NCBI RefSeq assembly: GCF_036321535.1
Contig: NC_087436.1
Span: 34,536,001 to 34,600,000, forward strand
Direction: 5' to 3'
DNA length: 64,000 bases
From: Camelus dromedarius
Lineage: Eukaryota
Shown here: positions 27,401 to 41,399 of the stretch, piece by piece
Numbering within the stretch: the stretch's first letter is position 1
Layout of the letters: each line of letters starts with the position of its first letter
Notes under the pieces: generated by a model
The model's database searches: none
The model's input: the letters and a program-made list of their open reading frames with translations, nothing else
What the model was told of the DNA's origin: nothing
Translations under genes and position numbers: made by a program

Positions 27401-29779
27401 TTTATCCATATATGTATATATAATACTGCATAACAGATTGATAGATAGGTAAACAATACAAGGCAGAGAGTAATGAAGTCAACAGGACATAATGTTTTGA
27501 AAGTTCATAAGCTGAGATTAATTAATGTAAGGGCATGACTTAATGATGTTTCAATTTCAGAACTTATTTAGGGGCTCATGTTTGGTATTTCTATCCTGTA
27601 ACTATTGTAAATTCCTTAGTAAATTGTGTAAGAGATATAGTCTTAGTTTATAATATTTGTAATAAGTAGTGATTATATTTAAATCAATGAAAATATTAAT
27701 ATTTCAAAATAGCTCAATTTTCAAGTCATTATGTTGCAATATACAGGAAATATATTTTTCCTGCAATATTATTTAACAAGATTATTTATACTCATAGATA
27801 ATTAAAAGGCTATTTAAGAAAAGACGATAATACTTCCACAATTTATTATTACTATTAATGGAAGAAAATATATTTTCATCTTCCATCATAGTATAAAAGA
27901 CCATTTATCCTTCATGAGAAGATACAAGAACACATGAAAGTATAAAACTTGTTATGCAAGAATAAGAGGTAGGTGGAAAGACCAGCTAATATGTATATTC
28001 AAATAATTTAATTTATAAATATTTAAGGAATGGTTTTCTGCTAAGTTGTTAGGCAGAAGTCTGATAAGTAACTGGTAAGTATTTTTATATTTCTACATAA
28101 GCACACATTTCAAAGTAGAGATCTTTTTATGTTGTGACTGAAATCTGGTCATATATATGGAAACATATACATTTCCTGTAAAATTTCAAAGTGAAGATAT
28201 GTGCATACAAATTTGAAATAGTCCACAGAGATTCTTTTATGAATATATGCAAGCAATTTATTACACGCTGAAGGTGATCATTTTAAAGGAAAAATTAATC
28301 TGCTGACACATTTTTTATGATATCTCCCAGAAATGCATTACAAACTCTAACGGAGGTCATTATTTCCAAAAGCCCATAAACCCAGAATAGTTTATAGCTT
28401 TGTAAAGTCAATTTACTATACAACAACGAAAATGTTCAGATGTGCATTTGAATCTTATATATTGAAATTTTTTCCTTAGTAAAATGGAATCTCTTCAAGG
28501 AATAAACAAGTTAATTTGCCATAAAAAGAAAGCTATATGGAAAATTCTTTAAAGCTCTTAGATAACACATTACTTACATTTTATCTAAAAAATATTGTAT
28601 TTCAAGCAAGTTTATTGTGCTGAAATGTATCGAATGTAGAATAAAGAAATTATAACTGTGTTTTTACTGTTTGCCTGTTCTTAGGAAAAAATAAGAGAAT
28701 TACTTTCACATACTGTGTACACAGTCGCTAATGGTGGGTATTTACTTTGTATAATGATACTGATTGCTAAGTTCATGTTGAGGACAGCATGTTCCATTTT
28801 TCACACTTCTACTTAAGTTCTCAGTGTATTATTATACATTTTCCTAATATCAATATACAGTTTTATTATGCATTTTACATATATAATAACATATGCCTTT
28901 CTCTTCTGGGAAATAATTGACTTCTAAACTATAATTAATGAGCATCAACTCAGCCAGTTAGATGTCTCTCATGAAGATTCAAGCAACACATGAATCACAA
29001 TAACAAGGAATTACTATTCTACTTCTGTTCTATATGAGCATGTTATTTTTTAAATGTTCTTCAAAAAGATAAGCATTCCTATTTCATATATGCCACTGCT
29101 ATAATCTTAAAGTTGTTAAATGCTATGTTTACTTTTGTAATAGTTCATTTGACTAAAAATATTAATCATTAGCAGTTAGCAATGCATGTCCTCTTACTTT
29201 TTCTTTGCAAGTTTCTGGAGTCCTTTTGGACAGATTAATTTTAAATAGAATAATCTAAATAAAATAAAATAGTTATGATGCATCAAACACTGCTCCAAGT
29301 TCCTTAAATAATTTAACTTAGTTATAAAAACATTTATTTTTACCTTCTAAGATTGTACCACTATGATCTAGCATACAGTGATTTATTCTGACTTTGCCTC
29401 GTACACATGACAAGTCAAGAAATTTATCAGTCAAAGCTACAGACAGTGAAGACTTGAGTTTAAAACTTAAGACCAGCATTCTTTGTGCAGCCAGACGAGA
29501 AAGGTCAGGTGGACAGGGTACAAGGATACTCAAGGAGTAGCCAAGACTAAAAGCATCAGATAGGGTGGGTACTATGAACTGAAAGAAGTACTTTATTTAT
29601 TTAACAAGCTTTTATCAAATATATATATATAATAGTGCTATGTGGCTTATTGCTGATACAGTGATCAGTTATAACACAGAATCTATAACTTCATGAAGTT
29701 TACAGTAAGTTTAGAGAGAATCACATAAAAAAAATTGGGGTATATCATGGTGATGAATTGTGCTAGAAGTCTATTAGAT

Positions 29780-31450
29780 TTCTTAGAATCATGCAAGCCA
29801 GAGTACCTTTCTGGGAGGTGGTTTTAAAAGTTATGTTTCTAATGTAATAACGTACAGTTGTCTTTCCTCTCAGGCTTGATTTTTTTGACTTTCGATGGAT
29901 AGGTTTATTTTAGTATTGCCTTCAGTGCTAAGGCTTTTATTCTAGGATGTTTTTCTTACTCCAGGGGGTTGCCCTTATTCTTAAAGCTTGGCTCTCTGGG
30001 ATCCCAACTCAAATACCAGGACATTTACGAAGGCTGCTTCTGTGCGCAAGACCTGAACTGCAATCTCTCTTCCCAGCACCGCACATTTCACAGATATCTC
30101 CTCAACTCTTTGGCTTCCCAGCTGCTTTTGCTGGTGGGGGTTTTAGAGACTTACTCTTGGCACGTCCAGTTTAGGGATAGAGTTATGACTTAAAGGGAAG
30201 ATTTGGAGCATCTGTTGGCTGCTCTCTCGGGGATTTTACCAGTCAGGATCCAATCTTCTGGCAGCCCCAAATGCCAGCAGTTTTCTCTTTAGTCCTTCAG
30301 GCTTATGGCTTTCTCTTTGCTTGTCCTCTAACACTGCTTTTTGGACAATGCTCCAAAGAATAAAGCTCAGGTGCATGTGGAGCTCCCCGTATGTGCCCTT
30401 CCTCTTTAAGGGATCATAGCTCCCTACGTCATGCCTGTTGATAGGCTTCCCACACCTTCCAATGTTTACTGAATCTGTTTGGTTCAGCTTTTGTAGTTGT
30501 TTTCAGTGGAAGTGTTACTTCTTTACTGAATCTACTTTGTCGTGGCCAAAATTAGATGTCACCCAGGGGCCTTTAACTTCCAGGTTAATTTTAGAGAAAA
30601 TGTATCAAGTTTCTTAAAATTGTATTTCGATTTTGAACGTAGTTTCATTGAATTCATACCTTAATTTGAGAGGAATCTAGATCCTTATAATATTAATTCA
30701 GTCCATCAAGTATCATTGAAGAGTCCCAATATGATCTGATTATATTCTCTGATTTTTATAGAAGTTTTAAACTTTGTCCATAGAGATCATGTGTGTACTA
30801 GTTTAGGTTAACTTTTAGGTATTTTATAGTTGTTGTTGCTATTGATAAAGAAATGTTTAAATTTTGTTTTCTAATTGGAAAGTATTAAAGTGAAGAGCTG
30901 CTTTTGCTAAATTTTCTATTCATTTAAATAGTTTGTTTAGTGATTGCTGCTTAGTTTTATATGATCAAATATCTGAAAATAAGAGTTTCATCATTTCATT
31001 TCCCTCAAATCCTTACACCTTTTATTTTAGCTGTTTATTCTCTTTAGCTTTGACCAATATTTCTGGTACTATGTTAAATCTTTGCTGTATAATGGGTATC
31101 TTTTTTTCTAAGTTAAATGAAATGAATTTAAATTTTCTCCATTAAGAATAGCATTTGACGTAATATTTTTGGTAAATAACCCTTATAAATTAAAAGAAAT
31201 TTTATTCCATTTCCAGTTTGCTAATAGAAATTTTTGAATGAAAAATAGGAGATGAACCTAATCAAGTATTTTTGGGGTCGACTGATACCTGATTTTTATT
31301 CCCTTTGTTTAATAACATAGTGGGTTATTTTGATAGAGTTTCTGATATTGAACCTCTTATAGTCACATGACAGACTGTCTTTGATTATAATTATTAAGTA
31401 AACTGTTAAATCTGATTATCTAATAGTAAAATAAACTTTCCATGTGCATT
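29780..31450 (-). mobile_element. Ancient L1 fragments (5' region and ORF2)
   Basis: T-rich plus strand with antisense L1 ORF2 phrases (atttctggtactatgttaaat, tttctccattaagaatag, tccatttccagtttgcta, tttctgatattgaacc). Confidence 0.6.
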
Positions 31451-32009
31451 CACATGTGGAAGGTAGCTAATTTCATTTAACCAGAATTGTGAATCTGAAG
31501 TCTCTCCTACCTTGGGATGTGTTTTTTCTCACTATAAAAGGCTCCAGGAAAATTCAGTCCACCAGTTGTGAAACTATACTTAGACATCGAGTTCAAAACC
31601 CAACGATACTGATTTACAATTCCTGTAACACACCCCAGTCCCTCACCATAAGAAGCATTAGAAATCTGTCACTATTAAAAATGTGTATCACTAATACATT
31701 TAAAAGGGAACAGTAAGACCAAGAAAAGAAAATGAATGTAAATATAATGAGAGTGAAGGTAAATACATTTTCTAAAATTGGACTTTCAAGTTGACACAAA
31801 ACTGTTTGGCAGTGAGAGTAAAAAGCTAAACATAAGTCACATTGCTCTTTTTTTATCTGGAAGAGGGCAGCATAGCAATTCCTTGTGGGAAAGCAAGATT
31901 AAAAAAAGAAAGATTTTTTTTTCCCCTGGTAATAAATTCTAAACAAAATTCCTTATATAGAGAGATTTATGTCTAGAGAATCAAATGAAGTTGTATTTGA
32001 CATTCTTAA

Positions 32010-32235
32010 TAATAGTGGCATTAGCTAACACTTGTAGGTCATTTATTATGTGTGTGGCATTGTGTATGGTGCTACAGTATTTTGTTTAATCCTCATGTCA
32101 ACAATTAAATTCCCACTTTAAAAATGAAGAAACCAAACTTAGAAAAGATATGTAATTTGGACAATATATACCATAACAATTCTCTACCTAACTCAGGAGC
32201 CCACATTCTGAATACACACTAGACAACCACTTGAC
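32010..32235 (-). mobile_element. MIR SINE
   Basis: tttattatgtg...tttaatcctcat...cccactttaaaaatgaagaaaccaaacttagaaaag. Confidence 0.6.
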
Positions 32236-34296
32236 TACTCTTACAGCAAATACAGAGCAGAATGTGTTACTGCAGTGATGTGCCATGAAAGATTACAGAA
32301 TTAAAATTCGTGAAATGTATTGTCTAAGGAATTCAACTAATTAATTTCAACTTCTAGGTGTCTAACCAAGTTTAGTTGTGTGTCAAGAGAGACTTGGGAC
32401 ATTTTTTAAACTTATGTATTAAAAATTTAAAAAGAAATTTGAAAGTAAGATTTTAAAATATCTAAATTTTTATGTTAAAAACTAACATTTCACCAAAAAA
32501 AAAAAAAAAACCCTTTTCTGATTTAATGTATAACTTCAGTTGGAGAAAAGATAAAAGTCTAAATCTGAAGTCCTTCCATTGAATGTGAGCTCCGTGCTAG
32601 CTAAACAGTTTAGCACACCCTCCTCTCTCCTTTTTGCACCAAACATGTACTTAAATAATCTTCTTTAAATATCCTGGTGTTCATCTTTCTAAAGTAGTCT
32701 GATATTATGATATTTTACACTATTTAATGATAGCAGATTCATATGATTTCAAAGTCTAATGACGAGGGATAAATGTAACAATTAATTATTAAAGTTCTAA
32801 AGCATGACCACTCTTCTTGCCCAGATGGAAACATCAATTCTTCTCTAATGGACATAGACCACTATGGCACAGACAGACAAAGCCAGAATTTTTCTGAGAA
32901 ATTGTCACGCCCCTCCAATTCTTGAGCAACAGTACAACAGAGTCTACATAATATGAAATGTGTTAGATTTGCGAAGGACTTGGGGTCCCTAAAAGTTGCC
33001 AGCAACCGTACAACAATCTCAGCACACGTCTCCCAATTTGCCTTGGCCCTCAATTTAGTTTGGGGAGAGTTTTCTTCCATTCAGTTGATACAGCCTTTTC
33101 TTCTATTCATCTACGCATCTGTATTGGGAATATTGAAGCATTAAGGCCTATGAGTCCCCAAATAGATAGAAGTCCCCCAAATCTAGTCTAGAACACTACA
33201 TCCGTATGCTCTGTTTTAAGATTAGGAGAGAAAGCCTAATAGAGGGTGTTAGAATATCCTTCATATTTTACTTACTAATGACCAACTAGGAGTAATTGTA
33301 TTTCTCTATGAAAAACATATAACATTTATTTTCTTCATGTTCAGTCATGATTTAAGCATTTGAGTTCTGAACAAATGTAGAAAAGACACCATATGATAAA
33401 GAATGAAGTGAAGCTTTCTGCCTTTTTAACTATCTGGTTTTTAAAAATCCAGTAATGAACTTGTACTTAACTGATCCCAAAGTTTATATGCCCAATAAAA
33501 TATAGGGTACTGTTTTCCAAATGAATTCTTTGTGTTGAAAGTTTGTCCAGCTTTTATTTAAAGGGCATAGATATAAATGTTGCTAGTTTTGTTCTGTCCA
33601 ATTTTAAGAGTTGCCTTTTTTGGTGTTATCTTCTGTGTTATGTATGTGTGTGTGTATGTGTTATTTCCTAAACAGTACCATCTTTTGCAGTGACTAAATT
33701 TGCCATATATGGTTTCCTAAGGATCAAATTGCCATGTGTCAAGTGAAATCTAGTGAGTTTGTACAGAAATATTCCCTTAAATGTGCTTACAAAATAAGTA
33801 CACATTTTGATAATTAAGGATTCCTAATTATACTAACAAACTCTATCCTTCTGTGTGTTATATGTGAACAATGTATATACAGTTATCATCAACACAATCT
33901 CATGTCCTAAACACAATACCCTGATAAAATAGGTTCTTACTCTCAGCCCTGGATAAGTACAAAGCCAACTTTAGGACCCTGACCCTGCATTGACAGGAAA
34001 AAAAAAAAAAAAAAAAAGGAAAGAAAAAGAAAAAGACATGCATTTTAAATCAAAACTGAGTTGAATCAGACACATTATCTCAGGTTTTAAATTAAAGGAC
34101 AGATGTGTTAATGGATGTGGTTCAAACATATGGTTCATACACTGACTTTTCCGATACTGTCGAGGGTTAGGAATTTGAAAGATTTGTGAAGTCATAAACT
34201 TTACACTGACACATTTCACTATATTTTTATTGTATGCAGATATAAACACAAAAAGAAAAAAGTAAGAAAAAATTACCATTAGACAATAATGGAGAA

Positions 34297-35750
34297 AATG
34301 ACATTTTATTTACAACCCTCTCCTCTGACAACCCCTTCCTCCTCCCCACCGACACTGACCAGATAACTGACTAATCCAGGATGTCAGCTGCTGGTTGGGC
34401 TCCAGGTAGACTGTTGGGGTGTCCCCTGGGGCTTGTTGTGGCTGGTGGGTCCACGGTAACTGGGCAGAGCCCTGTGGTGGATCAGTGCCATGGAGGGGCT
34501 GCTATCCTCTGTGGAGCTTGGCTTTGGGCTGATCCTTAGGAAGCTGAGTGCAGTCCTGGTTTTGCTGCTGCCCAATGTCCTGTGTTTTCAGCTCATGTTC
34601 CACAGCCTCCACTGGGAGACAGTGTTGAGTCTGCCTGTTCTCAGCTTATTGGTGTGTGTCTTACTTTCAGACTTATTCAGTCTGTTGAAGTCAACTTAAT
34701 GGAAGATATGAAAAGCAACTGGCAAAAACACTGGCTGCACAGACTGAGGAGAAATGCCACCTCATCTGTGTGGCTAAAAAGGAGTTTGCCAAGATGGAGA
34801 CAACTTTAAAGAATGCCAGGCTAGAGAAGGAGCCAGTAGGTACACCCAGCCTTGCTGACACTTACAGAAAGTTCAATTTTCTGGTCCAAGAACTGAAGAA
34901 AGAGAGATCCCTCCAGTCTGTACGAGAAGAGATGGCGGAGGTGCTAAAAGTGCTCAAGTTCCTGGAAGAGGTCATGAGAATCAACACATCACAAGGGGCT
35001 TTTACACACCAGCCAAGCACCAAGTCCTGCTGGTCCCTTTCCCAGGAGTGGGCCCTTGTGTTGAAGCCGTGCTGTTTCCTCTCCTCCACTCAGGCCTCCC
35101 AAGCTGCCAGGCTGCACTCACTCACTGAGTCAGCTCTCCACCTGAGCTGCACTGAGGCCAGTGGAGGGAGGGCAATCCCCTCCTTTGGACCAGAGTTCCT
35201 CCAACTTTACACCTGAGCACAGCTGTGAACTCCTTCATGGTCAACATCTCTCATCTAAAATATATTGGAATTTCCAGAACACACCATGAAGCGTGGGACA
35301 TTTTTTATATTCAGCAAATGTTTGGATTATCTCTTATTAGTTGTGAAAGAAATGTTGTAATCAAGACTGATCTACTTAGTTTGAATCTATATTAAGCCTC
35401 ATTTCTCAAGACAGTTTGGGTAATTATTATATATCAGCAATATAAGTGAAATATATATATAGTTATTCTGTGTACAAATATTTCATTATAATTTGAAAAT
35501 GTATGCAGTTTTTCAATATAAACTTTTAGATGGCCATAGCATTTATTTCTAGAGTTTAATTCTGAAGTCATAAGTTTAAATCAAAGAGCCTCTTTTTACC
35601 TGAGTATGTATAGTTTTTTAAAAAAACAGATGAACATTTTAAATATGAAGTTAAATTGTACTCTTAGAAGAAGCTTTTATCATTTAATTTTTACATTCTG
35701 CTATAACAATATCCATAATAAAAAAATTAACTTGATAAATTTAAAAAAAA
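34297..35750 (+). pseudogene. Processed pseudogene of a divergent cTAGE/MIA2 (cTAGE5)-family gene
   Basis: Kozak gccATGG at 34490. Joining three frames gives MEGLLSSVELGFGLILRKL...WETVLSLPVLSLLVCVLL / FRLIQSV / SQLNGRYEKQLAKTLAAQTEEKCHL..AKKEFAKMETTLKNARLEKE..SLADTYRK..LVQELKKERS..EEMAEVLKVLKFLEE. This parallels the cTAGE N-terminus (hydrophobic segment, RSVRSRLYVGREKKL..LIEEKCKL..QKEY..ESSL.DASFEKE..LEKELKEEKS..DELMADI). Intronless, two frameshifts near 34665 and 34688, AATAAA at 35717, A8 at 35743-35750, degenerate TSD core atggagaa at 34289-34296 and 35757-35764. Confidence 0.8.
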
Positions 35751-35764
35751 GAACAGATGGAGAA

Positions 35765-36120
35765 TAGCTAAATATATGAAGAAATAAACTATTTTCACAG
35801 ACTGGAAATTACAATGATATTACTATATGGATCCTTCCCAATTTGTTCTATTTATTTTGCGATGTAATTCCAATTACTATCCCACCTGGTTTTGTGTAGG
35901 AATTAGTAAGATGAATGTAAAATTTATTTGAAAATGCAAAGGATCTAGAGTAGCAAAATCAGTTTAAAAAAAAAAAGAACAATTTGGGGGATTTATTATA
36001 AATAATCAAGATTTATCAAGGTTTGTTGTAAATCAATCAGTAATCAAGTAAATGTCATTGGCATTAAAATAGGTATGTAGATAAAATGAGAGAATCAATG
36101 GTCCAGAAACAGACTTTTCA
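35765..36120 (+). mobile_element. Ancient L1 ORF2 fragment; continues the L1-like sequence at about 34200-34290 that the retrocopy interrupts
   Basis: aattccaattactatccca...aaaatttatttgaaaatgcaaaggatctagagtagcaaaatc...aagaacaatttggggga...ggtccagaaacagac. Confidence 0.75.
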
Positions 36121-39100
36121 TTGTCACCCTTGGTGACGAGGGGAAAGGATAAAATTTGGAAGGAAGATTGTTTTATATCTTGTTTACTATTTAAAACTAA
36201 ACCTTTCTAGTTAATAAGAGGGTCTGATAATAGAGAAATGTCTTACGAGAATTTAGTACAGGATGTCAGAACCCTCAAGCCATTTACCAGAAAAAAGGGA
36301 GGTGAGAGGGTTTTCTTGATTTACTTGGGGTTTGTTTTAAGAACATAGTTTCACCTATCGGTTCATACTCTGTGTATTTCCTAATAAAGCAAAGGTTAGA
36401 TTACTGATGTGTGCATCTACGGAACACCGTGACCTGTTCCTATGTCAAAGGCATTCTAGACGCTTTTAAGGTTTCTTTTTTTTTTTTTTAAATGGATTTA
36501 TGTTTATACCACTGCATCTACTCCACCTTGGCCATCACAGCTGCAGGGCCAAATTTCTTTGGCAGCAATTCTTAGTTTCTAGTTCAGAGATGATTGCTTT
36601 TTACGGTTAGTGTGTGATAAGGAAATGTCAATTTGTCGTCTAAAATGATCTGACGTTATTTGCCGTCTCCTGTCACTGCGGCTATTTACAGACTACATAT
36701 AAGCTGTTACTCTTTCCACTGATGTGCTAGGGAGACCTTTTGTTCATCGTTTTGTTCTTTTAACTCAGCATTTTATAATGAGTCTGTCTTTCCCATCCTC
36801 TTGTGCGTAAGATTTGTAATGCGCAAAGGACGTCCCTTTTCTCATCTCAGAACGTTCTCTACATGTGTTTGAGTTGTTCTGCACCATAAATTGTAGCACA
36901 GTGGCTACATGCTGTTTTGGTCTAACTCTGCTTCCAGGAAGCCATACAAAACAAATCATGATAATATAAATCATAAACACAAAATCAGGAATAATATATT
37001 CCAGACATTGTGTGTACTAACATGGGTAGAGGAGCACAGTTTTGTATTTCCTTTGTAAGAAGGTTGGGGGAGTTATATAGGAGTTTTCTACCTGACAATT
37101 TGTTTATACATTATCTAATTCAACGTAACCAATCTCTGGGGTAGGTATTAATAATTCCCACTGTCTTGGTGAAAGGACCATACTTGCCAACTGTCAGCCA
37201 GTGTGAAAATGGTGAGAAGGGGGTTAAAACCACATTCCCTGGTCTTTCCCTTTGAGGAAGCTGCGATGTAAAATATCTTTATGGGGAAAGTATCACAATC
37301 TTATATGAAGAATATTATTTACTGAATAGGTGGAGACTCCTAAGCAGCAGAAATACATTTTTACTGCAGCTAAAATTCATATAGCATTTAGGAACTGAAT
37401 GAAATAATGTATCTCCAGCATCCTGAGAGAGAGAAGACCCTGAATAGCTAGATCATCCTTCAGGTCACTGAAAAGAAGAGCACCCAATCCCTTATAAATC
37501 AGCATTGGTTCATCAATTTATTTTTTAAGAGCATCATGATCTTTCTTATATCCGAGCTTTATGTATGAAGGTCCATTGGCCCCTTCATCTGTCCCACTCC
37601 TACTCTTTCTTCAAATTCATCTTGGAGAACGTTTCCATGCACATCTGTATTCCCTAATCCTCTCAACAGACTGTAAAGTTGGTATTATAATCTCAATTTT
37701 CCAGATGGGAAAAATAAATTTTTTATTGTTACTATAGATAGAAAAACAATTTTTATGATAGTGTGAAGAATCAAAGTTCTTATTAATGAACTATTAAAAG
37801 TAATCTCTAGGTTTCCAGTCTGGATACTTGTTAAAAGTTTAGATATTTTGTTGAGCTTCTTTCTCTAAACCTAACATATTAGAGAAAAACACTAAACTAT
37901 GGCATGAGAAATGGCACTTCTTACTTTAAAAAACCAAAGAGTCTTCTTGTAGAAAAAATATTCATCTGCCAATTTTAGATTTTTTTTTTTGCATGTAAAA
38001 GCTTTTAATAGTCATTTATAGTACACTGTGTTTTTCTTACCACTAAACACAAATTTGTTCTTCATTAAATCTTTACTGGATCTAGAGCAAATTAAAGTTC
38101 TAGGAATATTTGATGACAAACCTAATGCACACCATCCCAAACATGAAGTTCTAGTACTTAACAACAGTTGATGTGGTTGGCAAGGCAATTAATTCTGTCT
38201 CTACTCATTTAGCCACCCCCAAAAAGTGTTATAACCCACAGAGAAGCACATTAATAGTTAAGAACATGGGCACCATGTTCTTGAATTCAAATCTAACCAC
38301 TGGGGATTCCTTAAGCTGCAGTCACCTGTCATGGAAGTCTTCTGCCTCTTTGAAGTGGGTAAACATTTATATCAAGAAATCAAAGGGTGGAAGTGAGAGT
38401 GGCTTCTCTCCCAAATATACCTGTACTCTATTCTGAAGTTTTGCTTCCATGCCCACAGGTTGGCTCCTGTGTCCTTTTTGATGTCTTATCTGTAACATGT
38501 TTTTTTTCATTCTAAAATAAAAATTTATCTAGATAAAAAATAAAATCTGGTAATTTTATATTTTCACACCCGGAGGAAATCTTCAAGGCTATAAAAGTAT
38601 GTATTACTCTCCATTCTTAAGACGTGTTCTGACGATAAATTTTAAAACTGCCTATTTTATGAAATGCAGTAAAGAGAAACTATAAGTGAAATCAGTGATT
38701 GATTAAAGGAATCATACTGTCTTATCATTCAAGCAGTAGAAGTCATATTTCTTAGAGTTTAATCCCTTTCTTCCACACTTGTTCTCTCCCCCCCCCCTTT
38801 CACTTTCTCCTGTACACAGTTGAGAGTTTGAGGAAGAAGTAAGAGGCTGCTAAGAATTTCTTGTCCTACTCTTTTTCATTTTGAAGCCATTTACAAGCCT
38901 TGTATAATTTAATTTCAAATAAACCAATTTTAAATAGTGTCTGCTTAAATAAAGAGGTTTAATATCAGGAATGTTTTACTTCAAATACAAGTTCTACTAC
39001 GTATTACCTCTGAACTATCACCACATTGCATAAACTTGCTAACCCCAATCTCATCTTCTGGGATTTGGACACACCAGTCTGTATTTTATAAGATTCTTTT

Positions 39101-41050
39101 AATGGAATACAAGAAAAAAAAATACATGTAGCAATATAGTTCCCAGTTTATAGTAAATATTCAAATAATGATTTAATTTTATTGGAATTGATATTTTGAC
39201 CCCATTTTAAAGGAAAGTTAAGTATTGTTTTAAAAGTTGCCTTAATAGCTTGTAAGACTAGTGTCAAAGTTTGGCAAATATCTGTGTGTATACAAAATTT
39301 GACTTTTTTCCCTGAAGTCTGAGTCAAGATGGTCACCTATCCAATTGTCTGAGTAAGCCAGTCTTTGTAACCAGGAAAACAAATCTGATTTCCAGCCCAA
39401 GGAGAGATTTTTGGACCTACTGTACCAAGAGAAAACATCGGTGAGTATTATATCCCTCTGCTTTGAATTCATTGGATGTTATTAATTCTAACTGCTGTTA
39501 ACCACCCAGGTCTGCTCCTAGCAGTTGTAATTCAGCGACAGATTCCAGCTCAGAATGCTTTCTTACACTCTTACCCAAAGACTGGCAGACAGCTGATAAC
39601 CCCAGTCCTTTCCTGCATGCTAGTGACTGGAGTAGAAATTGTATCTAATATGTACACCAACTGGTAGCTGAGTTGAAAAGAACTGGCTTCAGAATGTGTC
39701 TAGTATCACCTGTTGAGTCTAGGATTTGGTTTTACCTTATACTTATATGTTAATGTGTTGGTCTGTTACTGTTCCATGGGTGCTGCCAGAAGATACACAA
39801 CTCCCAGGGCAGACACAAAACATTACTGGTTAAGGCACAACAGGCAGTATGAGCATGAACATATGTGTCTCAGTTCTCCTCGTCCCCAAATCCAGCAGTG
39901 GCAGAAGGGTGTGCAGGTATGGCAAGAAGGCTCCAGATAACACCAGCAAGTAGGTGTGACAGTTAATTCAGAATATATGTTAGAGGCAAAAAAAAAAAAA
40001 AAAAAAAGGCAGCCAGTGTCTTCATTTTTACTGTATAAATTCTTTTAGTAAATTTTGGATTTCCACTGGGGCCAAGTTTTGTGGACCTCTGTTTCAATTT
40101 GTTTTTATTGTTTTTCCATCTGTGTCTAGGTTTCTTCTTTCCTTCCTTTCTTCCTTTGTCTTCATTCCTCTTGGTTTTTGTTGTTGTTGTTGTTGGCACT
40201 GGATACATTTTGGAGAAATCCTCTCTCCCGTGCTCATATTTAGAAGTTCCTTTCTCCACAGAACCTTGGCTCAAAATTGTTAGGAGTAGATACCTTCAGA
40301 AGGCAATGTTTGAATCAACCCTGTGACATGCCACAGGGGTGCTAGGACAATCCCTATAACCTTAAGGACCAGGCTCTTTTCTGGTGACAGACGCACAGAC
40401 AGCAGCTACAGAAAAGGCATTTTGTGAGGTCTCAGTGAGTCATCTGCTTTTAGGCGGAAGTCTTCAGGGTGTCACATGGTTGCTATTCGTCTTCCACATC
40501 AGCAACCACGGGTGGGGCCATGTTACACAGGAGATCAGTCTTTCGCTTGAGCTCCCTACAACTAGGACCAGTGCCTGGCTGAGACATACAACCAGTGGTT
40601 ACAGAGGAAGAGTCATTCCCCTGAGCACAGGCATTCCCAGGCACAGTTTATGCTGGAGTCGAGATACCCAGTCCAACTGATACACACGGATAGGTCTGTG
40701 CCGAGACACCACAACCCAGAGCTATTTAAAGGGGGACCCCAAGCTCATATTCCTGTTCCCAAATTCCAATTACCCAGACTTCCGACTTGGATCAGTTACA
40801 GCTGTAACAGAGGCTCAGTAGAATTCAGTAAGTGCAGCATAAAACAGCCCAAATTCAAGTGCAAGCTTGTCAGCCAGCAGCAGCACAGCTCAAAGAGCAC
40901 GCTCACCAGCTGTGAGCAAGCCCAGGAAGGAGAAGGGAGACACTGAGAGGTGGCGGTCTTGTCTGGACGCCCACCTGCTCTCCTCTCCAGCTGTTCTGAA
41001 GAGGCTACAGAGACAGAAGTAGATCTCCCTGCCCACCAGTTTTCTTTGGA

Positions 41051-41375
41051 TGTTTGCCCTGATGACGCCAAGATGGTATGAGAAGTTTTATTACTCATAT
41101 GACAAGGCTTTCGAGGGAGAGCAAGGTGACTCTCAAGCAGGTCCTAAAGTGGCTTGAGAGAGCAGGGAAGGAGACTGGCTTGGGAGTTTTGGGATGGTTG
41201 GGTGGTGAGGCCAGGATAGGGGTTCCTGTGGGTGGTGTGAACTTCCTGCCAGAATCAAAGGAGGGGTCACGCATGCTTTCTCTTCAGATTGACCAGATGT
41301 AGGGCAGAGATGGAAGAATGAAGGATGACCCTCAAAAGCTGTCACTGGACATCCAAAAATGGAGTCTTTACTACA
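41051..41375 (-). mobile_element. ERVL-class LTR (MER73/LTR47-like; exact family uncertain)
   Basis: Minus strand begins tgtagtaaagactccatttttggatgtcc, contains ccaagccagtctccttccctgctctctcaagccac, and has AATAAA (plus-strand tttatt at about 41087). Confidence 0.65.
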
Positions 41376-41399
41376 GTTAGCTTTGGATTCAGAAACATT

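Noticed and set aside
34770..35216. 148-aa ORF as a functional CDS
   Set aside because: It starts at GTG within the frameshifted cTAGE-like pseudogene; the true ATG at 34490 is in another frame and stops at 34699.
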